64,000 nucleotides of DNA from Cyanobacteriota bacterium (GCA_033764955.1 JANRIL010000001.1:32653-96652), one strand, 5' to 3'; positions 19,175 through 29,470 are shown, counted from the stretch's first letter. Made by a program: numbers and translations. Notes: generated by a model from the sequence alone, not told the origin.

Positions 19175-19424
19175 GTATAGTCGCCCTCCCAGACAGCAAG
19201 GAATGATTTCTTAACGGTAGACGATCCCGAAAGTGGGGTTTTCGATAACTGTTAACTAATATTAACTTAGCTGAGGAGCATTTTGATAGGGTAGGCGGTT
19301 TCTGGCTCTATCTCCTCAGGATCACCCAACCGGAAGGGGTCGAAGATCGATAAAGTAGAGAGATGGGATCCCTTGGCTGAATGGGCTTAGGGGATGTCGG
19401 CTCTTTCCTCTCAGGCTCTCGCTT

Positions 19425-19895
19425 ATGTTGACCCAACTGCGCTCCCTCAGCTTTGCCGTAGACGGGCGGTATGCCTCAGATGGCGAGTTGGAGTTTATGA
19501 ATCGTTACTTGCAAAGTTTTGACCTGCGGCTGAGCACCTACCAAAAACTGCAAGCGGCGGAAGTGGAGATCATCAACGAAGTGGAAAGCACGCTGAAAAG
19601 TTTGGATCCCCATCTTTTGATGCGCGGTACGGAGGACTTTCAGACTAAGTGGAGATCCGATACCGTGCGCGTCTTTCGTCTATCTTTGTTAACGATGTTG
19701 CTCGATGATCCCGACCGTTATCAAGAACGCTTTTTGCTGTGGTTTCAAACCCTGATGCGGGCGTTTAAGACCCAGCGCAGTTGTGAAGTCACCTACCGTG
19801 TTTTGTTGGAAACTGTGAAAAAGCACTTGACCGGAGAGGAAGCTAGCTTGATCTGCCCTATTTTGGAGCTGAATCGGACGATGCTGGGTACCTAG
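19425..19895 (+). CDS. Allophycocyanin-like (globin-fold) protein
   Basis: 'DGRYASDGEL', 'RLSTYQKLQ..E.EII' phycobiliprotein-like N-terminus. Confidence 0.75.
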   Translation: MLTQLRSLSFAVDGRYASDGELEFMNRYLQSFDLRLSTYQKLQAAEVEIINEVESTLKSLDPHLLMRGTEDFQTKWRSDTVRVFRLSLLTMLLDDPDRYQERFLLWFQTLMRAFKTQRSCEVTYRVLLETVKKHLTGEEASLICPILELNRTMLGT

Positions 19896-19918
19896 GGATC
19901 CGGTCAAAGCGGTCAGGG

Positions 19919-20161
19919 TCAGGCCACCTCTTCGCTAAAGGCCAATACCTCCAGTTCACTGTCTTGCAGATGCGCCTTAAACTTACGTTCAAATTGCACT
20001 TGGTACGGATAGTTGGCACTGACCGGACGCCCGTTCCAGTCCAGCAAAACAGCCGTCAAGACTCCTTCTAGCCCGTAGATATCAAAAGCTTCATTGCGGT
20101 GGTCAGGGTGATGGTAGACCAGCACATGAGACTTGACTCGAATGCGATCTCCGATGTTCAT
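19919..20161 (-). CDS. ftrV: Ferredoxin-thioredoxin reductase variable chain
   Basis: 'MNIGDRIRV..HVLVYHHPDHR..FDI.G.EG', 'SANYPY', 'FKAHL'. Confidence 0.93.
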   Translation of the reverse strand: MNIGDRIRVKSHVLVYHHPDHRNEAFDIYGLEGVLTAVLLDWNGRPVSANYPYQVQFERKFKAHLQDSELEVLAFSEEVA

Positions 20162-20242
20162 GGCAGGCGCTCCAGGAGGAAGAGTTTTGGTGATTCCCAC
20201 TCTAACGTATTCCTAAGTTTGCCTTCTCAATATCCCAAATCA

Positions 20243-21562
20243 TCACGTTTTTTGGCGATTCTGTAACAGGGATCCCTGATTGGCTGGATTGGTTACCCAG
20301 GCTTGGGCGTAGCCGAGAGCCTCCTCTTGGGTTTGAATCTCTCCAGTGGCTTGTGCCAGGCGGATCGCGGTCAGTAGGGATCCCACCCAGCGCCCGGAGG
20401 GGAGCCCCAGAAACTCGATCAACTGATGTCCATCCAGGAGAGCCACAGGGTGAGCCAACCGATCGTGGGGATTGTGATAGCGCTCCAGCCAGGGAATGAG
20501 GTGGCAGGCAGAGAGTCCATAGGCATGAGCCAGCAGCGCGATAGCCGGGAAGAGGGATCCCGCCGCCTGAAAAAACAGGTAGATTTGACTAGCCGGCGGG
20601 GCAGCGATGGCAAGGGTTTGCAGTTGTGGGGTCAAGGTTTTCAGCTTCTGCATCCACTGCCGCTCGATGCGTGAATATTTGAGATGCAGCAACGCTGCGT
20701 CCATCTCAGCCAGGGAAATCCCTTCCGGTAGGCACAATGCCGCCAGCCAGAGGGTAATCAGCCCCGTGCGTTGGTCGGTCAGCGGGTGTTGCAGGGGCAA
20801 AAAGCTGCTGGCATAGTTAGCACTCAGTTCTGGTAAGCGAGACATCGCTTGCTCAGCCACCTGAAAGCTGGCGGCACTTAAAAACGGTAACCAGTCAGTG
20901 AGAATGCCATCTGACCAGGCTTGTCCTAGCCAATATAAACCCTGCTGTTGCTTGGCAAGCAAATAGCTGATCTCGGTGCGTACCCGCTCCCCCGCCACCT
21001 GTTGCAGCAGGGATCCCCGTTGGCGGATTGCCTCTTGGGTGGGGGGATCGAGATCAAAGCGCAGTTGGGCGGCTTGTCGATAGGCGCGCAGCAGGCGCAG
21101 GGGATCCGCCGTTAAATTGTCCGGATGCACCATGCGGAGGCGGTGCTGGCAGAGATCGGCGTAGCCCTCCAAGGGATCCAATCGCTTCCCGCTGTGCAGT
21201 TCCAGAGCAATCGCATTGCAGGTAAAGTCGCGCTGATAAAGGTCAGCCTCTAGGCTGGATCCGGCCTGCTGAGCAATATCTAGGGTTAAATCCGGTAACA
21301 CCACACGGGCAATATGCCGCTGTTCATCCAGCACCACATATCCCCCCTGCAAGTAACGGGCTAGATTGGCTGCCCATTGCAGGGCATCTCCCTCCACCAC
21401 CAAGTCGAGATCCAGCTTACCCATCGATCCGTCGGGATCCCAGCCCAAATGTTCCTTCAGCAGCCAATTGCGGACGGATCCCCCTACCAAATAAACAGGG
21501 TTAGGCAGGCGATCTAGCCAATCACTGGCAATCGGAAGGGACGACAAAACGGAAGGTGCCAA
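20243..21562 (-). CDS. Class II tRNA nucleotidyltransferase, probably the CC-adding enzyme
   Basis: 'YLVGGSVR', DLD, 'RDFTCNAIA', 'DPLRLLRAYR'. The flexible loop before the EDxxRRD-equivalent motif is missing. Confidence 0.85.
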   Translation of the reverse strand: MAPSVLSSLPIASDWLDRLPNPVYLVGGSVRNWLLKEHLGWDPDGSMGKLDLDLVVEGDALQWAANLARYLQGGYVVLDEQRHIARVVLPDLTLDIAQQAGSSLEADLYQRDFTCNAIALELHSGKRLDPLEGYADLCQHRLRMVHPDNLTADPLRLLRAYRQAAQLRFDLDPPTQEAIRQRGSLLQQVAGERVRTEISYLLAKQQQGLYWLGQAWSDGILTDWLPFLSAASFQVAEQAMSRLPELSANYASSFLPLQHPLTDQRTGLITLWLAALCLPEGISLAEMDAALLHLKYSRIERQWMQKLKTLTPQLQTLAIAAPPASQIYLFFQAAGSLFPAIALLAHAYGLSACHLIPWLERYHNPHDRLAHPVALLDGHQLIEFLGLPSGRWVGSLLTAIRLAQATGEIQTQEEALGYAQAWVTNPANQGSLLQNRQKT

Positions 21563-21707
21563 CGAACGTCATATCCAAACCAAGCAACCCTAGCTTAAAC
21601 GGTTCGGGCGCTCGGAGGGCAGGGATCCCTTAGCCATCCGGTGACGAAGAGAGGGATCGCTTAGGATGGGGGGTGAACTATTTGGTCAGCGTGGCTGAGC
21701 AATCCCC

Positions 21708-22184
21708 ATGAGTGAAAGCCTTTCCCCTTCCCCCAATAATGCTGATTTGCGGGACTTAATCCTGGCTCTCGACAAAAAAATGGATATGCAATTCAGTACG
21801 CTTGAAAGAAAGATGGACAATCAATTTGCTCAGTTGACTTTAGAAATTAAGCAGGTTGAACTGAAGCTAACTGGGGAAATTATTAGGGTTGAAGAAAAAT
21901 TGGGTGGAGAGAGCAAGCGAGTCGAGGAAAGACTGGAGGGAGAGATCAAGCGAGTTGAAGAAAAATTAGGCGGAGAGATCAAGCGAGTCGAGGAAAGACT
22001 GGGGGGAGAAATCAAGCGGGTTGAGACCGAAGTCAAGGGAGTGGAAGAAAAGGTAGGGGCGAAACTGGACGGGATCACGACCCGCATTGATTATCAAGAA
22101 TTTATCAGTCGAGGAGCCATTCTCATCCTAATTGGGGGCATTACCACAGGCATTGTTAAATATTTCTTCTTCCCTAATCCTTGA
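21708..22184 (+). CDS. Coiled-coil protein with 11-aa repeats and C-terminal transmembrane anchor (Bdr/DUF1640-like)
   Basis: GEIKRVEE(K/R)LG repeats; hydrophobic C-terminus. Confidence 0.75.
   Translation: MSESLSPSPNNADLRDLILALDKKMDMQFSTLERKMDNQFAQLTLEIKQVELKLTGEIIRVEEKLGGESKRVEERLEGEIKRVEEKLGGEIKRVEERLGGEIKRVETEVKGVEEKVGAKLDGITTRIDYQEFISRGAILILIGGITTGIVKYFFFPNP
21873..22037 (+). repeat. Five 33-bp tandem coding repeats
   Basis: Units start at 21873, 21906, 21939, 21972, 22005 and alternate GTTGAAGAAAAATT / GTCGAGGAAAGACTG. Confidence 0.9.
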
Positions 22185-22356
22185 AACATAGTTGGGCTGA
22201 CTGACGATTTCAAAAAGTCTGATTGGGGTAGGTGGGCAACCCTCATCTCTGGGCGGATAACCCAACCTCATCCCCAGAAGGCCGAGAGCCAAGAGTTATA
22301 CTGGAGCTGGTCAAAAAAATTTATCTTGCCTCATGCATGTGATTGAGGACTAGGTT

Positions 22357-23037
22357 ATGTATTTTCACCCCTCTTATTTGTTGTTGATCCCTGGCATGCT
22401 GCTAATGTTTTGGGCACAGGCTCAGGTGCAGGGAACCTATCGCCGCTACGCTCAGATCGCCTCTAGCTTAGGTATGACGGGAGCTGATGTGGCTCGCACC
22501 ATCCTCCACAAAATGGGCATCCACGATGTGAAGGTTGAGCCGGTGGCTGGAGAACTCACCGATCACTACGATCCGACGGCGAAGGCAGTTCGTCTCTCCC
22601 AGGGGGTTTATGGATCGGGATCCCTGGCGGCGGCGGCGATTGCGGCTCACGAATGTGGGCATGTCTTGCAGGACTATCAGGGCTATGGGTTTATGAATCT
22701 GCGGGCATCTCTTGTGCCCGTTGCCAATTTGGGATCCCAGCTTGGGCCGATTTTGGTGATGGTGGGTTTGTTTACTGGGGCATTGGGGGGCATTTTCATC
22801 AACATTGGCATTGGCTTGTTTATCGCTGCGATTGCCTTTCATGTGGTGACTCTGCCTGTGGAGTTTGATGCGTCAGGGCGTGCCCTCAAGCTGATTGACC
22901 AACTGGGAATTTTGCAGGGACAAGAGAATCAAGCGGCGCGGGCGGTGTTGCAAGCTGCTGCCTGGACGTATGTGGCTACCGCCCTCTATGCGGTGCTGCA
23001 ACTGGTGCAACTGCTGATGATGTCGCGTGACGAATAA
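22357..23037 (+). CDS. Membrane zinc metallopeptidase (YugP/Zn_peptidase_2)
   Basis: 'LTDHYDP', 'AAHECGHVLQ', 'TLPVEFDAS', 'AAWTYVA'. Confidence 0.92.
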   Translation: MYFHPSYLLLIPGMLLMFWAQAQVQGTYRRYAQIASSLGMTGADVARTILHKMGIHDVKVEPVAGELTDHYDPTAKAVRLSQGVYGSGSLAAAAIAAHECGHVLQDYQGYGFMNLRASLVPVANLGSQLGPILVMVGLFTGALGGIFINIGIGLFIAAIAFHVVTLPVEFDASGRALKLIDQLGILQGQENQAARAVLQAAAWTYVATALYAVLQLVQLLMMSRDE

Positions 23038-24454
23038 CCCAAGGGGGGATACCCCAGTATTGGATCCCCAATCGGATCAAGGAGCAGGGGGTCAGGCATT
23101 TCTGGCAGGTCGTTCTCAGGCTCGTCAGTTGGCATTTCTAGCGCTTCGCCAGATGGATCGCCAGTCAACTTTTGCCAATATCGCCCTGGATCGGGTGTTG
23201 CGTTCTACGGATTTGCCTCAACCAGAGCGGGATTTGGTGACGGAGTTGGTGTATGGGATAACGCGCCGTTGTCGCACCCTCGATGCCCTGATCGATCGCT
23301 ATAGCCGTAAACCTGCCCAGCAACAGCCCCCTGATCTGCGCCGAGTTTTGCACGTAGGGTTTTATCAGCTTGCCTTTTTGCCCCAGATTCCTCCAGCAAT
23401 TGTCATTCACACCACCGTTGAACTGGCTCGCCAACAAAAACTGGAGCGATTGACTCAGGTTGTGAACGGGATCCTGAGGGCGTTTTTGCGGGCAGCGGAT
23501 CCCGTTGATCTGACTGCTCATCTGTTTCCTGAGCCATTCCATCGGGATCCCGACGCGGCTCAATTGGCTCTTTTGGAAAGCTTTCCCGACTGGTTGGTGG
23601 AGTTGTGGCAGCAGCAACTTGGCGATTCGGCTACCCAAGCCCTCTGTCGCTGGTTCAATCAGCCCCCTACTATCGATCTGCGGGTTAATTGCTGCCGGAC
23701 TGATCTAGTAGAAGTAGCCCAGGCTTTACAGGCTGTGGGGATCCCGACGGATCCGATTACCCATACCAGAGGCGGGCTGAGATTGCGCCACCATGCTGGC
23801 GATATTACGCAACTGCCCGGATTTCGGGAGGGGTGGTGGACGGTGCAGGATGCCAGTGCTCAGCAGGTGGTGGAATGGTTGGATCCCCAGCCCCACGAAC
23901 GGGTGATCGACTGTTGCGCAGCTCCCGGTGGCAAATCAACAGCCATTGCAGAACGGATGGGGAACGAAGGGGAAGTTTGGGCGTTGGATCGGCATCAGGG
24001 ACGGCTGGCGCGGGTTGAGGACAATGCCCAGCGATTAGGGCTGACCTGCATTCGCACCCAAGCGATTGATCTGACGCAAGTCGAACCGCAACGGGATAGC
24101 TTACCCAGTTGGCGCTCGGCGGATCGGGTGTTGCTGGATGCCCCCTGCTCAGGATTGGGCACCTTGCATCGCCATGCTGATGCCCGTTGGCGACAGTCTC
24201 CGGCCATGATTGAGGATTTGGTTCGTCTCCAGGCGAGGCTGTTGCGGCAGGTGAGCCGCTGGGTCAAGCCGGGCGGAATACTGGTTTATGCCACCTGTAC
24301 GCTGCATCCCGCCGAAAACCAGCAGCAGATCGAAGGCTTTTTGGTTGAACAGACTGACTGGCATTTGGATCGGGATCCCTGGCAAATTTGGCCACACCGC
24401 GAACAGCGAGATGGCTTTTTTATGGCGAGGCTGACCTATCTGGGATCCGGCTAG
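23027..24454 (+). CDS. rsmB: 16S rRNA m5C967 methyltransferase RsmB/Sun
   Basis: NusB-like N-terminus, 'QDASAQ', 'CAAPGGKS', 'DAPCSG', 'YATCT', 'DGFFMA'. Confidence 0.95.
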   Translation: MTNNPRGDTPVLDPQSDQGAGGQAFLAGRSQARQLAFLALRQMDRQSTFANIALDRVLRSTDLPQPERDLVTELVYGITRRCRTLDALIDRYSRKPAQQQPPDLRRVLHVGFYQLAFLPQIPPAIVIHTTVELARQQKLERLTQVVNGILRAFLRAADPVDLTAHLFPEPFHRDPDAAQLALLESFPDWLVELWQQQLGDSATQALCRWFNQPPTIDLRVNCCRTDLVEVAQALQAVGIPTDPITHTRGGLRLRHHAGDITQLPGFREGWWTVQDASAQQVVEWLDPQPHERVIDCCAAPGGKSTAIAERMGNEGEVWALDRHQGRLARVEDNAQRLGLTCIRTQAIDLTQVEPQRDSLPSWRSADRVLLDAPCSGLGTLHRHADARWRQSPAMIEDLVRLQARLLRQVSRWVKPGGILVYATCTLHPAENQQQIEGFLVEQTDWHLDRDPWQIWPHREQRDGFFMARLTYLGSG

Positions 24455-24488
24455 ACTGGCAGGTGGCCGTAAGGAGAATTGGCTGATC

Positions 24489-25064
24489 ATGGCAAACCCC
24501 GACAATATCCTGACCTTTTGGTTTGGATCCCCTGACCACCCCGACTATGGCAAGCCCCGCCCTGCATGGTTTGCTAAGGATCCTGAGTTTGACCAGACCC
24601 TCCGCCGCCAGTTTCTGGATACCTATCATCAGGCTGCCGCTGGACACCTGCAAACTTGGCAGGCATCCCCTACTTCTGCCCTGGCGCTGATTCTGCTGTT
24701 GGATCAACTGCCCCGCAATATCTTTCGGCAGACTCCCCAAGCCTTTGCTACCGATCCGCAAGCTCTGGCTGTGGCGGAACAAATGGTAGGGACGGGTTGG
24801 GATCAAGCTCTTGTGCCTGTGCAGCGCTGGTTTGTCTATTTACCCTTTGAACACAGCGAGTCCTTGGCCGATCAGCGACGGGCGGTACAACTATTCGAGA
24901 CCCTCGCCTGGGATCCCGACTCCCAAAGCGCGGTGACCTATGCCCACAAACACCTGGCGGTGATCGAGCGGTTCGGGCGGTTCCCCCATCGCAACGCTAT
25001 TTTGGGGCGATTCTCCACACCTGAAGAACTGGCGTTTTTGCAGGAACCAGGATCTTCTTTTTGA
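24489..25064 (+). CDS. DUF924 family protein
   Basis: 'ILTFWFG', 'LDQLPRNIFR', 'YLPFEHSE', 'RFGRFPHRN'. Confidence 0.92.
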   Translation: MANPDNILTFWFGSPDHPDYGKPRPAWFAKDPEFDQTLRRQFLDTYHQAAAGHLQTWQASPTSALALILLLDQLPRNIFRQTPQAFATDPQALAVAEQMVGTGWDQALVPVQRWFVYLPFEHSESLADQRRAVQLFETLAWDPDSQSAVTYAHKHLAVIERFGRFPHRNAILGRFSTPEELAFLQEPGSSF

Positions 25065-25141
25065 TAAGAGCAGCAGAATTGTTGGGCTGGCTGATGGCGC
25101 GACTTGTTAGAACAAAAAGGCTGTAAGCTTTCTCAGCTTAC

Positions 25142-26161
25142 TTAGGGGTTAACCCCTCCTGAAAAGGGTTGATAGGAGCCTCCCAACGCTTGCACAATGG
25201 TACGGGTATTGGCCTCCATCATGGCGATATAGCTCTCCGCTCCACTGCCCTGACCACCTAAGGAATCGGAATAGAGTGGATCCGGTGCTAATGTTACTTG
25301 GGCTTCCGCCGCTACCGTTTGAATCAGCATGGGGTTAATGGTGGTTTCGGCAAAGATGGCCGCGGTCCCGGCTTCTTGAATGGAATCCACCAGCCGCGTC
25401 ACCGTTTGGGCACTGGGTTGTTCCTCGGTGCTGATGCCGATCAGGGATCCCCCCAACTCCAGTCCATAGGCATGAGCATAATACTGAAAGGCATCATGGG
25501 TGGTGACAAGGATTCGATATTGGGGAGGAATCGTTTGAATTTGCTGCTCAATCCACCTGTCGAGAGCCGACAATTGAGCCAGATAGTCACGGGTGCGCTG
25601 CTGAAATTGGGTTTGATTCGCCGGAGATACCTCAACCAACGCATCGCGGATCGCCCCCACCATGAGCATGACATGAGCTACATCCCCCCACACATGGGGA
25701 TCCGGCACCTGCTGCCCGTTATAGCTCGTTTGCAAAGGGGGAACCACCTCCCCCACCGCCAGTTTCTCGGCTTTGACGCCCGCCCCTTCCATGAGGCGGA
25801 TCAGCCCTGGCTCAAGGTTGTAGCCGTTGTACAAAATCAAATCTGCTTCTTCTAGAGCACGACTATCGGCGGGAGTGGGTTCATAAATATGCGGATCGGT
25901 GCCTGCTTCTAGCAAACCGGTGTGATGGATCGCTTCTCCCGCAATGGTTTCCGTCCAATCGGCAATCAAGGTGCTGGTGGAGACAACCCGTGCTAACGAG
26001 GGATCTTCCTGCTCAGCCAGAGCACAACCCAGCCCTCCAGTCAACAAACAGCCTATCAAGGCTAAAGGGATCCCAATGCCGGAGATTTTCCTGTTTGGCA
26101 GGATGGCACTTTGCCGCCCTGTATTTTTGGGTAGCCCCGCATTCTGGGGAGAGGTTTTCAT
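25142..26161 (-). CDS. mntC: Mn/Zn ABC transporter solute-binding protein
   Basis: DPHIYEP, DPHVW, THDAF, YSDSL ligand motifs; ManR-type boxes upstream. Confidence 0.85.
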   Translation of the reverse strand: MKTSPQNAGLPKNTGRQSAILPNRKISGIGIPLALIGCLLTGGLGCALAEQEDPSLARVVSTSTLIADWTETIAGEAIHHTGLLEAGTDPHIYEPTPADSRALEEADLILYNGYNLEPGLIRLMEGAGVKAEKLAVGEVVPPLQTSYNGQQVPDPHVWGDVAHVMLMVGAIRDALVEVSPANQTQFQQRTRDYLAQLSALDRWIEQQIQTIPPQYRILVTTHDAFQYYAHAYGLELGGSLIGISTEEQPSAQTVTRLVDSIQEAGTAAIFAETTINPMLIQTVAAEAQVTLAPDPLYSDSLGGQGSGAESYIAMMEANTRTIVQALGGSYQPFSGGVNP

Positions 26162-26186
26162 GATCCGCCTGCCTGTGGAGAGAAGA

Positions 26187-26248
26187 TTTTCATGATCATT
26201 TCATTTTTATCCTAGACCTTCTGCTAAACTATGAAAAGACTATGAAAA
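26187..26248. promoter_or_regulatory. Two oppositely oriented ManR-type boxes in the divergent mnt promoter
   Basis: Plus strand 26230-26248 TATGAAAAGACTATGAAAA, against the Anabaena ManR site TATGAAAAGAATATGAGAA as recalled. Minus strand 26205-26187 AATGAAATGATCATGAAAA. Confidence 0.75.
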
Positions 26249-26268
26249 TCAATTCTCCCTCTCATTCC

Positions 26269-27018
26269 ATGACGGCTCTTCCCCCTTCTGCTCTGTCTAG
26301 GATCACCATCACCGATTTGCGGGTGTCCTACCGTTCTCACCTGGCACTCGATCAGATCACTACCCAGTTGGCGGCAGGACAACTGACGGGCATTGTGGGG
26401 CCTAATGGAGCTGGCAAAAGTACCCTAATCAAGGCCATGTTGGGACTGATTCCCATTGAGCGGGGGGAGATCACCCTGGATGGACAACCCGTGTCTGGAC
26501 AGCGCCGCCGCATTGCGTATCTACCGCAGCGCTCCCAAATTGATTGGACTTATCCGGCCACGGTCTGGGATGTTGTTTTGATGGGGCGAGTGCGAAAAAC
26601 TGGGTGGTTACGGCATTTTTCCTCCAACAGTCGAGAGTTAGCCCATGCTGCCCTAGCCAGGGTGGGTTTAGCGGATTTGGCCAATCGCCCGATTGGGCAA
26701 CTGTCGGGAGGACAACAACAGCGGGTGTTTTTAGCACGGGCATTGGCACAGGAAGCCGACATTTTGGCTTTGGATGAACCGTTTGCCGGAGTGGATCAAA
26801 AAACGGAAGGGATCCTCTTCGACATCCTCCGCCAGCTTGCCGATCAGGGATCCACCGTGTTGATCATTCACCACGACCTAGGAACCGCCATTCGACGGTT
26901 TGATCACCTGCTGTTACTCAACCAGCGACTAATCGCCCAGGGATCCCCCCACCAGGTTTTACAACCCCACTACGTGCAGCAAGCCTACGGGGGCTATGGG
27001 TTGCCTGAGGTGGCCTAA
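26269..27018 (+). CDS. mntA: Mn ABC transporter ATP-binding protein
   Basis: GPNGAGKST, LSGGQQQR, DEPFAGVD. Start moved to 26269 because 26242 lies inside the ManR box. Confidence 0.88.
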   Translation: MTALPPSALSRITITDLRVSYRSHLALDQITTQLAAGQLTGIVGPNGAGKSTLIKAMLGLIPIERGEITLDGQPVSGQRRRIAYLPQRSQIDWTYPATVWDVVLMGRVRKTGWLRHFSSNSRELAHAALARVGLADLANRPIGQLSGGQQQRVFLARALAQEADILALDEPFAGVDQKTEGILFDILRQLADQGSTVLIIHHDLGTAIRRFDHLLLLNQRLIAQGSPHQVLQPHYVQQAYGGYGLPEVA

Positions 27019-27887
27019 TGGGAGAAGGGATCCTGTCACTGATCTGGGAACCGTTGCAATACAGCTTTATGCAACGGGCACTGTTGGTGGCGGTGGCGGT
27101 TGGCATCCTCTGCGCGGTCATGGGCAGTTATTTGTTGGTGCAACGGCTGGCGCTGTTGGGGGATGCCATTAGTCATTCCCTGTTGCCGGGATTAGCGCTG
27201 GCTTTTATGGTGGGGGTGAATATTTTTGTCGGAGCCTTTATCGCCGGGGTGATTAGCACCCTCTTGATTCATGCCATCCGCTCCCGCACGACTCTTAAGG
27301 AAGATGCCGCGATGGGGGTTGTCTTCTCAGCGTTTTTTGCCTTAGGGATTACCCTGATCACGCTCCTGCAAAAGGCGCAAAAAATTGACCTCAATCACTT
27401 TTTGTTTGGCAATATCTTGGGGGTGACGGCAGAGGATGTGTGGATAACCATTGCAATTGCGGGACTGGTTTTGCTGGTGGTAGCCCTTCTTTATAAAGAG
27501 CTTTTGTTTGTCAGTTTTGATCCGATTGGGGCGCAAGCTGCCGGGATCCCAGTGGCGGGGTTAAATGCCAGTTTGATGGTGCTGGTTTCCCTCACCCTAG
27601 TCGCCAGTATGAAAGCCGTCGGGGTGTTGCTGGTCTTAGCCATGCTGATCACCCCTGGAGCCACCGCCTATTTGTTGGTGCCCCGTCTGCATCAGGTGAT
27701 GGGGGTGGGATCCCTGCTGGGGGTGGTGGGTAGTGTGATGGGTCTGTATGGCAGTTATTACCTGAATGTGCCCTCTGGTCCGGCGATTGTCTTGGTGGTC
27801 TCCCTGGGATTTTTCCTGGCGCTACTGTTTAGCCCCAGCCAGGGATTATTGACTCGCCCCCATCCTCCAGGATCCCCTCAACCTTGA
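27018..27887 (+). CDS. mntB: Mn ABC transporter permease
   Basis: 'LLGDAISHS..PG', 'KEDAAMG', 'HFLFGNILGV'. Confidence 0.88.
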   Translation: MGEGILSLIWEPLQYSFMQRALLVAVAVGILCAVMGSYLLVQRLALLGDAISHSLLPGLALAFMVGVNIFVGAFIAGVISTLLIHAIRSRTTLKEDAAMGVVFSAFFALGITLITLLQKAQKIDLNHFLFGNILGVTAEDVWITIAIAGLVLLVVALLYKELLFVSFDPIGAQAAGIPVAGLNASLMVLVSLTLVASMKAVGVLLVLAMLITPGATAYLLVPRLHQVMGVGSLLGVVGSVMGLYGSYYLNVPSGPAIVLVVSLGFFLALLFSPSQGLLTRPHPPGSPQP

Positions 27888-27930
27888 GTCTATGGTTGGC
27901 GCTTTTGCTGAGCCGCTGCATGGACTAAAA

Positions 27931-27980
27931 CCATAGACTGAAATCTATGGATATCTAAAAATCATAGTATTTTACTTATG
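27931..27980. promoter_or_regulatory. LysR (CmpR/NdhR-type) ATAG-N8-CTAT sites upstream of cmpA
   Basis: CCATAG-ACTGAAAT-CTATGG (27931-27950) and CATAG-TATTTTAC-TTATG (27963-27980). Confidence 0.75.
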
Positions 27981-28126
27981 TATAACCCCACAGTAGAGTC
28001 TTAATTAAGAAAATTAAACCTTTCTGTATTTCGCATTCCATCCTTTGGGATCCTCTCCCCGCTGACTCTCAGGGCTTTCATCACCTCCCATTTCTGATCC
28101 TCAATGATCAAAGGAGATCATTAGTT

Positions 28127-29470
28127 ATGGTTCGTTTGGATCGATCCAGACGCAAATTTTTACTATCTGCTGGAGCCTACACCAGTAGTTCGGTTTTATT
28201 GGCCAGTTGTTTAGGCAACCCACCTTCTCGTACCCAAAACACGGTGGCAACTCCAGTCTCCTCATCGGTTGACAGCAATCTAGAAACCACCACCATCAAG
28301 CTAGGCTATATCCCAATTGTGGAAGCAGCCCCTCTCATTGTCGCCAAAGAGAAAGGATTTTTTGCGCAGTATGGCATGAGCGGGGTGGAAGTCTCCAAGC
28401 AAGCCAACTGGGGATCCGCCCGTGACAACGTAGAAATCGGTTCGGCAGGAGGGGGGATCGATGGCGGTCAATGGCAGATGCCCATGCCCTATCTAATTTC
28501 AGAAGGGTTGATCACCAAAAACAATGTGAAAGTTCCCATGTTTGTCTTGGCTCAGCTCAATACGCAAGGCAACGGGATTGCCATCGCCAACAAACATCTG
28601 GGTCAGGGATTTGGCTTGGATGTGAGTGGAACCAGGGACTATATCGTGGGCTTAAAAGCCGCCGGAACTCCCTTCAAAGCCGCTTCTACTTTTCCCAAAG
28701 CCAACCAAGATTTCTGGATCCGTTATTGGTTAGCCGCCGGGGGTATTGATCCCGACAATGACCTGGATTTGTTGGTGGTTCCAGCGGCTCAAACGGTGGC
28801 GAATATGCAAACCGGAACGATGGATGCCTTCAGCACGGGGGATCCCTGGCCTTATCGAATTGTGGCGGATCAAATTGGTTTTATGGCAGCCCTGACAGCA
28901 CAGATATGGCCGGCTCACCCAGAAGAATATCTGGCGGTGCGGGCGGATTGGGTGGAGAAACATCCCAATGCTACCAAAGCTCTCTTAAAGGGGGTGATCG
29001 AGGCGCAGCGTTGGTGTGATTTGCCCGAAAACCGACCGGAGCTGGCGGAGATTTTGGCGGGGCGCAACTACTTCAATTTGCCCGTTGAGATCCTTACTTC
29101 TACCCTGCAAGGGAAATACACCCTGGGAGATGGCAAACCCGCCGTTGATAACTTCCAATCCGGGCCTCTCTACTGGAAGGATGATCGGGGCAATGTTTCT
29201 TACCCCTACCAGAGTCATGATCTGTGGTTTTTGACGGAAAGTGTGCGCTGGGGCTTTTTGCCTCCCGACACCTTAACTACTGCCCAAGAGTTGATTAGCC
29301 AAGTGAACCGCGAGGATCTCTGGCGAGAGGCAGCCCAAGAACTCGGCATAGCCGCCAGCGATATTCCCAGCGATACCTCTCGTGGCATCGAAACATTTTT
29401 TGATGGGATTAGCTTTGACCCACAAAACCCGCAAGCCTATTTGGATCAGTTAACCATCAAACGGATCTAG
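28127..29470 (+). CDS. cmpA: Bicarbonate ABC transporter (BCT1) binding lipoprotein
   Basis: RRKFL...CLGNPP signal; CmpA-specific '[11 protein letters not shown]', 'GGQWQMPMP', 'NQDFWIRYW', 'STGDPWP', 'HPEEYLA'. Confidence 0.92.
   Translation: MVRLDRSRRKFLLSAGAYTSSSVLLASCLGNPPSRTQNTVATPVSSSVDSNLETTTIKLGYIPIVEAAPLIVAKEKGFFAQYGMSGVEVSKQANWGSARDNVEIGSAGGGIDGGQWQMPMPYLISEGLITKNNVKVPMFVLAQLNTQGNGIAIANKHLGQGFGLDVSGTRDYIVGLKAAGTPFKAASTFPKANQDFWIRYWLAAGGIDPDNDLDLLVVPAAQTVANMQTGTMDAFSTGDPWPYRIVADQIGFMAALTAQIWPAHPEEYLAVRADWVEKHPNATKALLKGVIEAQRWCDLPENRPELAEILAGRNYFNLPVEILTSTLQGKYTLGDGKPAVDNFQSGPLYWKDDRGNVSYPYQSHDLWFLTESVRWGFLPPDTLTTAQELISQVNREDLWREAAQELGIAASDIPSDTSRGIETFFDGISFDPQNPQAYLDQLTIKRI

Noticed and set aside
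19245..19270. RpaB HLR1 site upstream of ftsH
   Set aside because: TTAACT repeats at a 10-bp period only loosely match the TTACA consensus; too weak to call.
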